Source: a virus | Lineage: Duplodnaviria > Caudoviricetes | IMG/VR virus record: IMGVR_UViG_638275558_000001 | Location: 65,909 to 129,908 of that record | Length of the DNA stretch: 64,000 nucleotides | Strand: one strand, 5' to 3' | Part shown: positions 49,659-59,248 of the stretch, piece after piece | Layout of the letters: the number at the start of each line of letters is the position of its first letter | How positions within the stretch are numbered: the stretch's first letter is position 1 | The notes under the pieces: model-generated | The model's input: only the letters and a program-made list of their open reading frames with translations | Databases searched by the model: none | What the model was told of the DNA's origin: nothing | Translations under genes and position numbers: made by a program

Positions 49659-50366
49659 TCAGAAGGTGTTAAGCGGATATTCTTCAGACGCCTGAGCTTC
49701 CGAAGCCGCATCGTAATCGCCAACCGTAATATAAATATCCTCAATTCCAAAAAATTGGGGCGGATAGCGAAATTCATAAAGCGTAAGTTCAGACGGCGTT
49801 ACAACAATATCAAATATCCACACACCACCTTCATCATTTCCAAGAATAATCGCTTTGCAGTTGATCTTATCCGATTCGGTAAAGAAAGGTTTGCTTCTGA
49901 GAACAAATCTTCTCCCTACCGCAACAAAAAGGTTGGTGCCGCTTTCCGGGTAAAAATCGACGTCGTTGTCTTCAGAATCAACGATGGTAAACACATTGGG
50001 TTGAATATAAAGCGTATAAGATTTGTTGACTCCATAAGCGGTTTGTGGTTCGATGATAAAGTTCTGAGGATACTGTGTTTCATAGAGGATATTTACGTTT
50101 ACGATCATCGGCATGAAATCCCTTCGATCCCCTTCATCCGTTTCATACAGCGTAACCAGATGAAATTTGCTGTCAAAAATATTCCCCACTTCGCGAGGTT
50201 GACGAATGATAGAAACAGTTGGGGAGTATACATTATAAACCACTTCGTCATCTGAAAGGGCGAATTTTCCCATCGTACGAAGATAATCGGCAATGGAGAT
50301 TTTCTGGCGAATGAGCTTTGCAATCAAACGCTGACCGTATTCTGTAAGAGACGCCGTAACAAGCAT
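49659..50366 (-). CDS. Putative baseplate/tail protein, paralog of 51623-52240
   Basis: ASLTEYGQRL...FALSDDEVVY. Confidence 0.6.
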   Translation of the reverse strand: MLVTASLTEYGQRLIAKLIRQKISIADYLRTMGKFALSDDEVVYNVYSPTVSIIRQPREVGNIFDSKFHLVTLYETDEGDRRDFMPMIVNVNILYETQYPQNFIIEPQTAYGVNKSYTLYIQPNVFTIVDSEDNDVDFYPESGTNLFVAVGRRFVLRSKPFFTESDKINCKAIILGNDEGGVWIFDIVVTPSELTLYEFRYPPQFFGIEDIYITVGDYDAASEAQASEEYPLNTF

Positions 50367-50367
50367 A

Positions 50368-51618
50368 TCAGAATTCCACCTTCAGTTTAATCACGTATTC
50401 ATCTTCGTTGGTCTTACGAAGCGGAGAGGAAAGTCTTCCAAGCGCCACAAGCTGATTGTTCTGATCATAGATTCCAACGGTGGTAATATAAGTACCCTGA
50501 TCAGGATACAAAATGCGTCCGGAAGTGGGATCGTAGAATGTGGGATTGAGCGAGTAATTGAATTCGCCAGCCTTTACGCGACAGAAAATAACCATAGAGT
50601 GAATGTTATCCACCATTGAAAGCGTCATGTCAAGAATAAGGTTGGCGATGTTTTCATGAAGTTTCGCAACGCCACCGACCGGAGGATTGCTGTCAATCGG
50701 GAATCCGGTTGGATCCAGCATGTAAAGCGAAGTGCTGTATCCCCCCGATCCAACCCCAAGCGAATGAGAGACAAAATCGCCGCATGCATCCAGATCGATC
50801 AGAAGCAGCGCCGACTGAGGGAATACGATTCCAAACACCTTCTGAGTTATGGAGTGGGTTACAGGAACCGCCTTTCCACTCTGAAGTGAACCCGACACCA
50901 GATAGTAGAACGGCTGCACCTGGGTGCGGATCGGAGTAGCGAGGTTGGTTTCGCCGCTGTTGTCAACCAGAGACAGGGTTGCGCGGTTTGATCCGTCGGT
51001 GAAAGACAGGTTAATCTGGAAATTACCAACATCAATTGTATCGGCAAAATTATGGAAGGAGACTACCATGAAGTTCTTAAGTTCACTGAATCCGGCACCG
51101 GGATTTGCGGGATCACGGGGAACAGTAATAACATCAGAAGCCAGATTGGTTTTGAATTGATTGATAAAAGCCAGATAATGCTTTCGAGTAATTTCATTAG
51201 TTCCACCGCCATAGTTCCCTTTGGAAGCAAACGCCACGGAAAACTCCGGATCGGTGGTAAGCGATCCTTTGAAGATATTCACATAGTAATCGTTGTAATG
51301 ATCGGGTTGCGAAGAATAAGTTACAAAATCGTTTCGTGCAATAACTCCGCTTTTATCCCAGAACCCCGGAACGGCTACATTTCTCGTGCTGTACACCACG
51401 TCGTCAATTTGCTTGAAGACAAACCCCTGAGGCTGCGGAGCCGTCTCAGCTTCCGTAGCGATGTTGTTGACAACGTTTCGTATAGTTTCGAGCTCTTCCG
51501 TAGTGATAGACAGATTCGATTGCAGATAGTTCAGAAATCCCTGCAAAATCTGTCGCTTGGAATAATCGGTAACCGTTCCAAGTAGCGTGGTAATGTAGGA
51601 AATAAGTTGCTCTCTCAT
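50368..51618 (-). CDS. Putative baseplate/tail protein
   Basis: C-terminal FNYSLNPT...YITTVGIYDQNNQLVALGRLSSP. Confidence 0.6.
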   Translation of the reverse strand: MREQLISYITTLLGTVTDYSKRQILQGFLNYLQSNLSITTEELETIRNVVNNIATEAETAPQPQGFVFKQIDDVVYSTRNVAVPGFWDKSGVIARNDFVTYSSQPDHYNDYYVNIFKGSLTTDPEFSVAFASKGNYGGGTNEITRKHYLAFINQFKTNLASDVITVPRDPANPGAGFSELKNFMVVSFHNFADTIDVGNFQINLSFTDGSNRATLSLVDNSGETNLATPIRTQVQPFYYLVSGSLQSGKAVPVTHSITQKVFGIVFPQSALLLIDLDACGDFVSHSLGVGSGGYSTSLYMLDPTGFPIDSNPPVGGVAKLHENIANLILDMTLSMVDNIHSMVIFCRVKAGEFNYSLNPTFYDPTSGRILYPDQGTYITTVGIYDQNNQLVALGRLSSPLRKTNEDEYVIKLKVEF

Positions 51619-51622
51619 AATC

Positions 51623-52240
51623 TTATGTAATCAGTTTTACTTTCAGTTCAGCTTGTGCACCACTTTCGTTGCCCCTGATAAGCACAATGGTTTCGGTGTT
51701 GGGCGTAGCCGTTTGCGCCGGTTCGATCACAAACTTGCGCCCGGAAATCGCTTTATAGTCGGGGTTGCTTGTCGGGAAGGGGAACGGCGCCTGTGTCGAC
51801 GGTTCAGCAACAGAAATGTTTAGCTGTTTGCTATCATAAAGCAATGAATAACCAAGAATCTTATCAAGTGCAACCACAAACTTTGTACTTGGGATGAAGA
51901 GATATCGGCGAAGGTTATCTGTAGAAGTAACCCTGAGCACGATTTCACTCTGATCCAGAAGCAAAATGGGAATTTCGTTGACAATGATATTCGGATCGCC
52001 TACCACACTGAAAAGATGATAGCGCGGCACTTCAAACGGCTTGGGTTCTACCAGCGAATAGCTCAGAATTTGCGGAGGGTTACCCGCGCTTGCAGAAAAC
52101 ACATATTCATAATCGATTCCGTCGTCAGAAAGTGCAAAGTAGGCAATATCGAAACTACCGGACGCAAACAACCTTCTACCGTATGCCGTGAGCGTGGCTA
52201 CGGAATATACCGTGTTTTCTGATTTGGTGGGGATAAACAT
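51623..52240 (-). CDS. Putative baseplate/tail protein
   Basis: ATLTAYGRRL...FALSDDGIDY; TTATTTAAAGAAAAAA-ATG upstream. Confidence 0.65.
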   Translation of the reverse strand: MFIPTKSENTVYSVATLTAYGRRLFASGSFDIAYFALSDDGIDYEYVFSASAGNPPQILSYSLVEPKPFEVPRYHLFSVVGDPNIIVNEIPILLLDQSEIVLRVTSTDNLRRYLFIPSTKFVVALDKILGYSLLYDSKQLNISVAEPSTQAPFPFPTSNPDYKAISGRKFVIEPAQTATPNTETIVLIRGNESGAQAELKVKLIT

Positions 52241-52261
52241 TTTTTTCTTTAAATAAAGTTT

Positions 52262-52663
52262 TCAGTTACCCACTACAAGTTTTAAAAGCTCAACCAGTAT
52301 CGAAGGGTCTACAATAGCCAGCGCAATGAAGGGAAAAAGTGGCAAAATCAACCCGACAATAAATCCGGTGAGTAGCAATTTGATGAACAGTTGTTGTTGA
52401 TCTTTTCTGTTCTGCAATGCATTGTCATAAGCGCCCTGCAATAGATCACGATATTTTTCACCCACCTCCGTTTTATCTTTAAGAGACTCGATTTGAACGC
52501 TCAGTCGATTCAATATATCTTCTATATCATCAAGTTTTTCTCTAATGTTGTTTCTATCCTGTACAACGGTTCTGAGCACATCTTTAATATCTTTAATCAT
52601 TTCAATGATGTTCGATAGAATGAAACGTATCTGATAATCTCTGTCAAACTGTTCTTCGTTCAT
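52262..52663 (-). CDS. Coiled-coil protein with C-terminal TM helix (holin-like candidate)
   Basis: Heptad-rich N-terminus and hydrophobic C-terminus. Confidence 0.45.
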   Translation of the reverse strand: MNEEQFDRDYQIRFILSNIIEMIKDIKDVLRTVVQDRNNIREKLDDIEDILNRLSVQIESLKDKTEVGEKYRDLLQGAYDNALQNRKDQQQLFIKLLLTGFIVGLILPLFPFIALAIVDPSILVELLKLVVGN

Positions 52664-52682
52664 CCCTGTTTTTAAATTAAAT

Positions 52683-52716
52683 AAAAAAGGGGAGACGACA
52701 CGTAGTACATCTCCCC
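52683..52716 (-). terminator. Putative intrinsic terminator
   Basis: ggggaga/tctcccc stem with A-tract on the plus strand (U-tract on minus). Confidence 0.6.
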
Positions 52717-52739
52717 CATAAAATTATTTTTTATGCGAA

Positions 52740-53366
52740 TTAAGGCGTGCGCTTTTCCAGAAGATACATCGTAAGAACATCGCCATTTACAGCAAGCAGT
52801 TTGGTACCTTCCCGGTTGGGGAAAGGATTGATCCGGTTGAAATCAATGCGGCGCATTTCCTGACGACTATCCTTTTCAAAATGGTTTCTCAGGAAATTCA
52901 GAGCATTTAGCGTATAATACATGTCATTTTCTTTCCAGTAGTGCGCAATGATCTTGCGTTTGTGGTTCAGCACGAAATCCTTTTCGCGGTGGAATTCCGG
53001 AACGGAATAAATGACATTATCCACCAGCGAGCAGTAATCGGCAAGATCCTGAAGATGAGCATATTCAGTTGAAAGAATATCAGGAACCTCGCTGGGAATG
53101 TACGTGTCATAATCCCCGTAAACAATTCCCCGGATATTAGCCGCATTGTAAGTCGAAGACTCGACAAAATGCGTTTTCAACCGCTTGTCTGAGTAATCCT
53201 TGGAAAACAGAAATATCCGGCTTGGATTTTCAGGATCGTCGAACATTAAAAGCTTTTCAGCCTTAACAAACCACTCATATTCCGACTTGAATACCGGCTT
53301 GAAATAGAACACGGTGCGGAATTGAGTGGAACGTCGAGAGCGTCTTGGTTTTGCCAACGTACCCAT
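52740..53366 (-). CDS. Hypothetical protein
   Basis: 208 aa; AGGAG RBS and TATTTAAAA upstream. Confidence 0.65.
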   Translation of the reverse strand: MGTLAKPRRSRRSTQFRTVFYFKPVFKSEYEWFVKAEKLLMFDDPENPSRIFLFSKDYSDKRLKTHFVESSTYNAANIRGIVYGDYDTYIPSEVPDILSTEYAHLQDLADYCSLVDNVIYSVPEFHREKDFVLNHKRKIIAHYWKENDMYYTLNALNFLRNHFEKDSRQEMRRIDFNRINPFPNREGTKLLAVNGDVLTMYLLEKRTP

Positions 53367-53471
53367 AGTCTTTCTCCTATTTTTTTTTTGTTTGGTTTTA
53401 AATACATTCTGTGTAACAATAAAAATTCATAAAGGTTTCAAAGATTTTTACAATTTCTTATTTAAAGAAAA

Positions 53472-53891
53472 ATGCCCGCAAAATCAAGAAAACAACAGAG
53501 ATATATATTCTATCTCAGAAACAAATATGGATCACCGGAAAAAACCCCCAAGAAATACAAATGGATATGGCACAAAGATTGGGAGAAACTGGAGGAAGCC
53601 AAACGTAAAAAGAAAAAGAAGAAAAGACGTAAAAATAAACGCTCTTACCTGAAGCCGGATTCCTATTATAAGAAACCATACGGTTATTACGGAATCTGGT
53701 ATTACCATTATGATGACGGTGTGGATGATGGGGGAGATGCGGGTGATGGTGGAAGTGGTGCTGGTGTGGGTGAAGCTAAAGGTGCAAAACCTGCTAAGAA
53801 ATCTAAAAAAGAAGTGCTCCGCGATCTTGAGGTCAAACTGCACGACTTCAACAAGGAGTTGAAAAAACTCCTCGAGAATCTCGGATTCTAA
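53472..53891 (+). CDS. Highly basic low-complexity late protein (possible DNA-binding/internal head protein)
   Basis: MPAKSRKQQR start, poly-K run, Tyr-rich and Gly/Asp-rich blocks; TTATTTAAAGAAAA-ATG upstream. Confidence 0.7.
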   Translation: MPAKSRKQQRYIFYLRNKYGSPEKTPKKYKWIWHKDWEKLEEAKRKKKKKKRRKNKRSYLKPDSYYKKPYGYYGIWYYHYDDGVDDGGDAGDGGSGAGVGEAKGAKPAKKSKKEVLRDLEVKLHDFNKELKKLLENLGF

Positions 53892-53930
53892 AAAAAGAAA
53901 GCCGGGGAATCAACCCCGGCATTTTTTGTT
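53891..53930. terminator. Bidirectional intrinsic terminator
   Basis: gccgggg/ccccggc stem flanked by A- and T-tracts between convergent genes. Confidence 0.85.
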
Positions 53931-54107
53931 TCACCAAGGTAAATCGTTATTATCCGTCTGACACGACTCAATCAATTCCTCTTCTTCCGGTTCTTCTTCT
54001 TCATAACTGTAAAACCATATATGAAAGTAATATCCCCGCCCTTCTTCCCACTCTCGCATTTGCTGCTCTTCGAAGACGTCTTGCAAAAAACGCTTTGTCA
54101 AACTCAT
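53931..54107 (-). CDS. 58-aa acidic early protein (not in ORF track)
   Basis: MSLTKRFLQDVFEEQQMREWEEGRGYYFHIWFYSYEEEEPEEEELIESCQTDNNDLPW; AGGAGG RBS, own promoter and terminator. Confidence 0.8.
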   Translation of the reverse strand: MSLTKRFLQDVFEEQQMREWEEGRGYYFHIWFYSYEEEEPEEEELIESCQTDNNDLPW

Positions 54108-54148
54108 GGCTCCCTCCTATTTTTGGTTGACAAATCGATTCTACTGGT

Positions 54149-54177
54149 AATATACGCATTGATCAGAGAAAAGTCAA
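54149..54177 (-). promoter_or_regulatory. Sigma70-like early promoter
   Basis: TTGACT-17nt-TATATT. Confidence 0.85.
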
Positions 54178-54189
54178 ATGAAGAATCTG

Positions 54190-54765
54190 TTAAACAGAGA
54201 TATATCCGCACTCAGCGGAAGTGTAGATGTCAACCTCAGATACAATCTTATAAAGTTTTTTCATTAGCACCACAAAGTCTTCTTCCGGAAGCTCTAATAG
54301 CAATTCCTCATTATATTTGAGAAGGGGAAGCATAGCTTTACTTCCGCTACCCACCGAATAATAGGGATCACGAATGAACATTGTCGTGAAATTGTCGGAT
54401 ACCACAAACACCCCGTGCTGACTGATTCCCATAATTTTCCCGTTCATATCCCCATTATCATTCAGAAGATTCAACCCCTTCAGATGATCTCTCCACTTGT
54501 ACGTAAACGTCTCTACAATCGTGTTTTTGCTGTAGGATTCTCTGTTAAAGATAAGCGGCGAGGAAAATTTTGCAAAGGCGTTCTGATAGATTACCCTTCC
54601 GACAAAACCAAGCGGAATTCGATCCACCAGTTCGGACGGCGTCTGAATATCCAGAAAAGCGGCTTTGGGGTCATCCCTGACCACCAGCATGCCGTCCATT
54701 GTGGTGGTATAGTCAAAAAAAACATACCGCTTATCGGCTCTGTCAATGGCTACTACCGTGCTCAT
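54190..54765 (-). CDS. Ntn-hydrolase, proteasome-beta/HslV-like peptidase
   Basis: N-terminal (M)STVVAI, SVGSGS and DIYT motifs. Confidence 0.6.
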   Translation of the reverse strand: MSTVVAIDRADKRYVFFDYTTTMDGMLVVRDDPKAAFLDIQTPSELVDRIPLGFVGRVIYQNAFAKFSSPLIFNRESYSKNTIVETFTYKWRDHLKGLNLLNDNGDMNGKIMGISQHGVFVVSDNFTTMFIRDPYYSVGSGSKAMLPLLKYNEELLLELPEEDFVVLMKKLYKIVSEVDIYTSAECGYISV

Positions 54766-54767
54766 GA

Positions 54768-55661
54768 TTATTTAAGGGTTTGCGTTAAGGTGTCTTTCAA
54801 ATGATACACAATGTCTCTAATCTCAGCAGGTATAAGTTCTCTGATGGTAAAAAATTCGTCAGGAAATATTATCTGTCTCAGATTAATATATCCTATTCGG
54901 TTGTGATAGCGAACTCCGTTCCCCACCGCTACCACAATATGCTCGAAAGGTGAGCGGTGTCCGTTTTTGTAAAGTCTTCTTGCAAGTTTTAAATTTTTAT
55001 CTAAGTCGGATTCATCAGAAGCATAGGAAACGCGGGCTATACGCGCCACCGATGTAACCAGTAGTTTGGAATTCAATTCCTCCGGTGAAATAACTCCCTG
55101 AAGAGGATCGACAATATCTCCGGGATTGGCTTCGAAAGCCGGGGAGTTGTCGTAGATATAGCGAATCAGGAGCGCTATTTTTCGGAATTCGGGTTGTGCG
55201 TCGGAAGCGCAACGAAGTCTGAAAAAGTTGTCAAGCGAATACGGATCGGCAATGGAAGCGATGACATCTGTATATGCATAGGGTGAAAGTATTCGATTAG
55301 CGTGTTGCTTGTGTACATTGAGTTTCTCGAGCACAAAATGCAACCCCGCTGATGTATATAACCCGGTATACCAACACCACCTTGCCAGCACATCTTTCCA
55401 CCCTCCTATTTTTTTATCGGAAAACATTGCCCCTGAGTTTTCCACAAAATCATCTGGAACAAAGGGGTTTTCAAGTACACGCTTCCGGTATTTTTTCAAG
55501 GAAATGGCTCTTGTAGAAGCGGCATTCCTCGAAAAGGCGCGATGTGTATTAAATTCAGCCAGTATGACTGTGGGAATTTGAAAGCGAAAGCAGAAGAAGA
55601 TATCGTTATTCGTCTTCGTTTTGATCAGATACCACACCATTGCTTTCTGAGTTTTTTCCAT
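54768..55661 (-). CDS. thyX: Flavin-dependent thymidylate synthase
   Basis: EFNTHRAFSRNAASTR, FFRLR...AQPE and HRSPFEH motifs. Confidence 0.9.
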   Translation of the reverse strand: MEKTQKAMVWYLIKTKTNNDIFFCFRFQIPTVILAEFNTHRAFSRNAASTRAISLKKYRKRVLENPFVPDDFVENSGAMFSDKKIGGWKDVLARWCWYTGLYTSAGLHFVLEKLNVHKQHANRILSPYAYTDVIASIADPYSLDNFFRLRCASDAQPEFRKIALLIRYIYDNSPAFEANPGDIVDPLQGVISPEELNSKLLVTSVARIARVSYASDESDLDKNLKLARRLYKNGHRSPFEHIVVAVGNGVRYHNRIGYINLRQIIFPDEFFTIRELIPAEIRDIVYHLKDTLTQTLK

Positions 55662-55797
55662 TTAAAACCGATCCATTTAAACAAAGTTTCATTTCTCTGA
55701 TTTCATCTTTCAGGGTTTCAGAAAGGTGTAATATTTCATCCCACTCGCGAGTATTGCGCTCAAAAATCTCAACTCCACTGGAAACATCACTCATCAT
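55606..55797 (-). CDS. Hypothetical small protein
   Basis: 63 aa with strong AAGGAGG RBS; overlaps the thyX 5' end. Confidence 0.5.
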   Translation of the reverse strand: MMSDVSSGVEIFERNTREWDEILHLSETLKDEIREMKLCLNGSVLNGKNSESNGVVSDQNEDE

Positions 55798-55917
55798 TTT
55801 TTTCCTCCTTGTGTTTAATGTTGTGGTAAATCTATAATTTGCGGGTGTTGCCAGAAGCGCATTTCATAGATACCCCACTTTCTTTTAAATAAAAGAAAAA
55901 TAACTTTTTTTAAAAAA

Positions 55918-56355
55918 TTATTTACCCCGGTCGTCAAGTCTTCCAATATCCGGCTCTTTATAGGGATGAATGCGATATTTCTTCTGGAAAAACTCCTTCC
56001 ACTCCGGCGATTTTTCAAATACGACATCCAGATTGTCGATAAGTGCCTTTGCCACCATGTGTTTGCAGATTCTCCCCCGGTAGTAATGATCCGGGCACGT
56101 ACATTTGAATGTGCGGGTGTCAAAATTGACGCGCGTTACGTATTTTTTGTAGGAGCCGCTTTCGAGAGTATCACGGGCGCGTTCAAGCAGCGTTCTCCCC
56201 TGTTTGTCTTTCTGAGTCTGACACCATTTGAGAAAAGAGAGGAGTTGTTTATATCGCTTATCGAACGTTTCAAGCCGCTTGCGCTCGCGTTCTTCAATAG
56301 AGCGCTTGAGTTCTTCAGCCTTTTGCTGTCTCTCTTTTATACTTGGCGGCGGCAT
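55918..56355 (-). CDS. SWIM zinc-finger protein
   Basis: CTCPD...ICKH. Confidence 0.8.
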   Translation of the reverse strand: MPPPSIKERQQKAEELKRSIEERERKRLETFDKRYKQLLSFLKWCQTQKDKQGRTLLERARDTLESGSYKKYVTRVNFDTRTFKCTCPDHYYRGRICKHMVAKALIDNLDVVFEKSPEWKEFFQKKYRIHPYKEPDIGRLDDRGK

Positions 56356-56359
56356 ACGC

Positions 56360-56710
56360 TCAGATGTTTAAAATTCTCCGAAGCAGACTTTCGATCTGAT
56401 CTTCGGTAAAATCTCTTTTGGATATATAAAGCACAAGATTGCGCTCCGTGTTGTTTTTCGGTGGGGTGTTTCCTTTGAGAAGGTTTCTGAAATATTCGAT
56501 GAACTCTTTTTTAAGCTCTTTTTCCGACTTTCCGGTTTTATTCTGCACAAGTGTTTTTTCGGTGGAAGTAGCCTCTTCTTCGTTGACGGCGACATTATAT
56601 ATAGAGAGCATGAGAAACATCTCTACCGCCGGATCGGTAGCATGACGTGCAGCCATATCGGCACTTCGGCGCTGAATGGCTTCATATAGCAGTGATTCCT
56701 CGCGGGTCAT
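56360..56710 (-). CDS. Hypothetical protein
   Basis: 116 aa; TTATTTAACAGAAAAGA-ATG upstream. Confidence 0.65.
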   Translation of the reverse strand: MTREESLLYEAIQRRSADMAARHATDPAVEMFLMLSIYNVAVNEEEATSTEKTLVQNKTGKSEKELKKEFIEYFRNLLKGNTPPKNNTERNLVLYISKRDFTEDQIESLLRRILNI

Positions 56711-56812
56711 TCTTTTCTGTTAAATAAATGTGAATCCGTAGGAAAGGGAAAACATCAGGGGAAAGCACACATATAAGAACCAGAACCCAGAACAAAAAAT
56801 AGGAGGAAGGTT

Positions 56813-57958
56813 ATGGGTAAGATCGATGTTTCGAACATCAAAACCGCCGTTGCCATCTCCCAGAAAGCCAATGTTCCTCTTTATCTGTGGGGTGGTGTGG
56901 GAATCTCCAAAACCCAACAAATCTATCAGTATGCCACCAGCACCAATCAAAAATGTGCTGTCGTTACGGGGTTGGCAATAGATCCAACCGACGTAGTGGG
57001 TCATTACATTGCCGACTTCAATAAACGTATCACCTACCAGACCAAACCCTATCTTTATGAACTCTTCGGTGAGGAAGAGCGGGGAATCATCTTCCTTGAC
57101 GAATTCAACAACTCAGAAAGTGATGTGATGGGGGTGTTTCTAAAGCTTCTCGACGAAAAGAGGCTTGGAAGCTACAAACTCCCTGATGGAATTCACATCA
57201 TTGCAGCCGGTAATCCCCCCGAACTGGCTCCAAATGCTTCCTCGCTTCCGCTTGCCGTCGCTACTCGATTTGCCCATCTTTATGTGGAAGCGGATTTCAT
57301 CTCCCTTAAGAGATGGTTGAAAGGAGCGGAAGATGAAGAGGATTATGTAAAGATTTTCAATCTTGAAGTCGGGGAAGATGTTGTTCAGCAGGTGTTCGAT
57401 ATTTTCGTTGACTACTGCATTGAAAACGGTCTTTTCCCGGCTTCAGAAGATTCTCGTAGTTGCGAGTGGGAGGGGAGCCTGAATTACCGCACATTGCACT
57501 ATGCAGCAAAAATCGGGGCTGTATACAAAGTTGCTTACAAAAATGTATCAAATCAATCGACACTGTATAATGTAACTGTAGAAATGATCCACGGTCTGGT
57601 TGGAACCATCGCTTCCAACCTGATGGAACATCTTGAAAACAAGTGGCTTCCATCGGCAAAAGAGATTCTCGAAAACTATGATATTGTGCTCAAGCATCGA
57701 GACGCCTATGCCGCCCTTGCCTACAACCTTATGAGCGGCATTCAGGAAGAAGACTATCCGAGGTTGGTGGATTTCATGCAATGGTTAGAAAAGAAAAACG
57801 AACTTGTAATGCTTGCGGCGATAGTGGAATCTTTCCAGTCGTTCATTCCGAAGAAAAGGTTTCTGACAAGCCGGTTCGAATACTACAACCAGATTTTCAA
57901 AATCATTAATCGATCGCTGGACGTCTATAAGAAAGTCAAACCCACAAACAACAAGTGA
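56813..57958 (+). CDS. MoxR-like AAA+ ATPase
   Basis: Walker A-like GGVGISKT, Walker B IIFLDE, AAGNP and TRF; AGGAGG RBS. Confidence 0.85.
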   Translation: MGKIDVSNIKTAVAISQKANVPLYLWGGVGISKTQQIYQYATSTNQKCAVVTGLAIDPTDVVGHYIADFNKRITYQTKPYLYELFGEEERGIIFLDEFNNSESDVMGVFLKLLDEKRLGSYKLPDGIHIIAAGNPPELAPNASSLPLAVATRFAHLYVEADFISLKRWLKGAEDEEDYVKIFNLEVGEDVVQQVFDIFVDYCIENGLFPASEDSRSCEWEGSLNYRTLHYAAKIGAVYKVAYKNVSNQSTLYNVTVEMIHGLVGTIASNLMEHLENKWLPSAKEILENYDIVLKHRDAYAALAYNLMSGIQEEDYPRLVDFMQWLEKKNELVMLAAIVESFQSFIPKKRFLTSRFEYYNQIFKIINRSLDVYKKVKPTNNK

Positions 57959-57964
57959 TTGATT

Positions 57965-59248
57965 ATGGAACCGATTGTCGAAAAAAAGCTCTATGAACTG
58001 ATTAACTGCATTGTAAAAAATCATACCCCACTCGCCATGATTCTTTCCCGAATCAAAGTGCGGGTAGGGGGTAGGGATAAATACACACTGGGACTCTGCA
58101 AAGAACGGGAAATCATTCTCAGCCGGTGTCTCTTTGATGATGAAATCGTTTATCCCAAACTTGTATTTATCAAAGACCCCGACACCGGCGAGATCGTAGA
58201 CTATGATATTGAAGACTATGTTGCCAAAATCGATGATGAAGGGCGGTATCATACCCTGCTGGAAGAAATCATTCATGCCGGTCTCATGCACCCCATGCGT
58301 GTAGACCGGTTTCAGAAAACATATCAGGAGCTTTTTGAAAAGAACAAGCGGCTGGTGAATTTTCTGTACCTTTGTCTTGAGGTTGAGCGTCATGCAATAC
58401 ATACCGCTGTAGCCAACATCGATCTACTTAAGCCCGTGTTCAAAGACAACACGCGGGATGAAAAGATTGTGGAATTCATTAAAGTTATTCAACATGATCA
58501 TCCCGATCAAAAGCTGTTTGGGTTTACTTTTGAAAGACTGTTTTTGAAGTATCTCAACGATTTTGAGGGAGGTAAAATTGCAGCCCCCGCAATTTACGAT
58601 CTGATGGAATACGACGGGAATACCGTTCCCGACAAGTTCATAGAAGCAATCGAAAAATCTCTTCATAAAGGGAAAAAGTATGGAAATCAGACACTGGATG
58701 AAATCTTTGAAATCCGGCGTGTGGATCAAAAGGGGTTGCAATTGACGCAACTCCTGAAGCAGATTTGCTTCCGCAGGGCACGTAAAAAACCCTCGCTGCA
58801 CGTGCTCGACAAAAAGCGGAAGCACTACGAACCGCTCAGGTTTGGGAAAATCAAAGAAAAAACTTCAAATATCGCCATTATTCTGGATGTGTCGGGAAGT
58901 ATGCTTCGTGATTTCAAAAAGCATCGCCTGATTGACATCGCGACAAGTATGATCGTGGAAACTTTCAAAAACGCACCCAATATCGATGTATACATCGGAG
59001 ATACCGAAATCAAGGATAAAGCGAAGATCCGCACCCTGTTTTCCCGTTTCAAAGGGGGCGGTGGAACCGATATGTCTAACATCTATAAACAACTGAAAGA
59101 TCGATACCAGAAAATACTGGTTGTTACCGACGGGGAGACACCCTTCCCCGAACCAAAAGACTACCGCCCTCAGGATACTTTTATCATCATTAATGATGAA
59201 ATGCCCGAAATTCCCAATTACATCAAAACCCTGAAGGTGAAACTATGA
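57965..59248 (+). CDS. Metallopeptidase-like plus vWA domain protein (DUF2201-like)
   Basis: EEIIH...H; MIDAS motifs DVSGSM, GGGTD and VTDG. Confidence 0.8.
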   Translation: MEPIVEKKLYELINCIVKNHTPLAMILSRIKVRVGGRDKYTLGLCKEREIILSRCLFDDEIVYPKLVFIKDPDTGEIVDYDIEDYVAKIDDEGRYHTLLEEIIHAGLMHPMRVDRFQKTYQELFEKNKRLVNFLYLCLEVERHAIHTAVANIDLLKPVFKDNTRDEKIVEFIKVIQHDHPDQKLFGFTFERLFLKYLNDFEGGKIAAPAIYDLMEYDGNTVPDKFIEAIEKSLHKGKKYGNQTLDEIFEIRRVDQKGLQLTQLLKQICFRRARKKPSLHVLDKKRKHYEPLRFGKIKEKTSNIAIILDVSGSMLRDFKKHRLIDIATSMIVETFKNAPNIDVYIGDTEIKDKAKIRTLFSRFKGGGGTDMSNIYKQLKDRYQKILVVTDGETPFPEPKDYRPQDTFIIINDEMPEIPNYIKTLKVKL

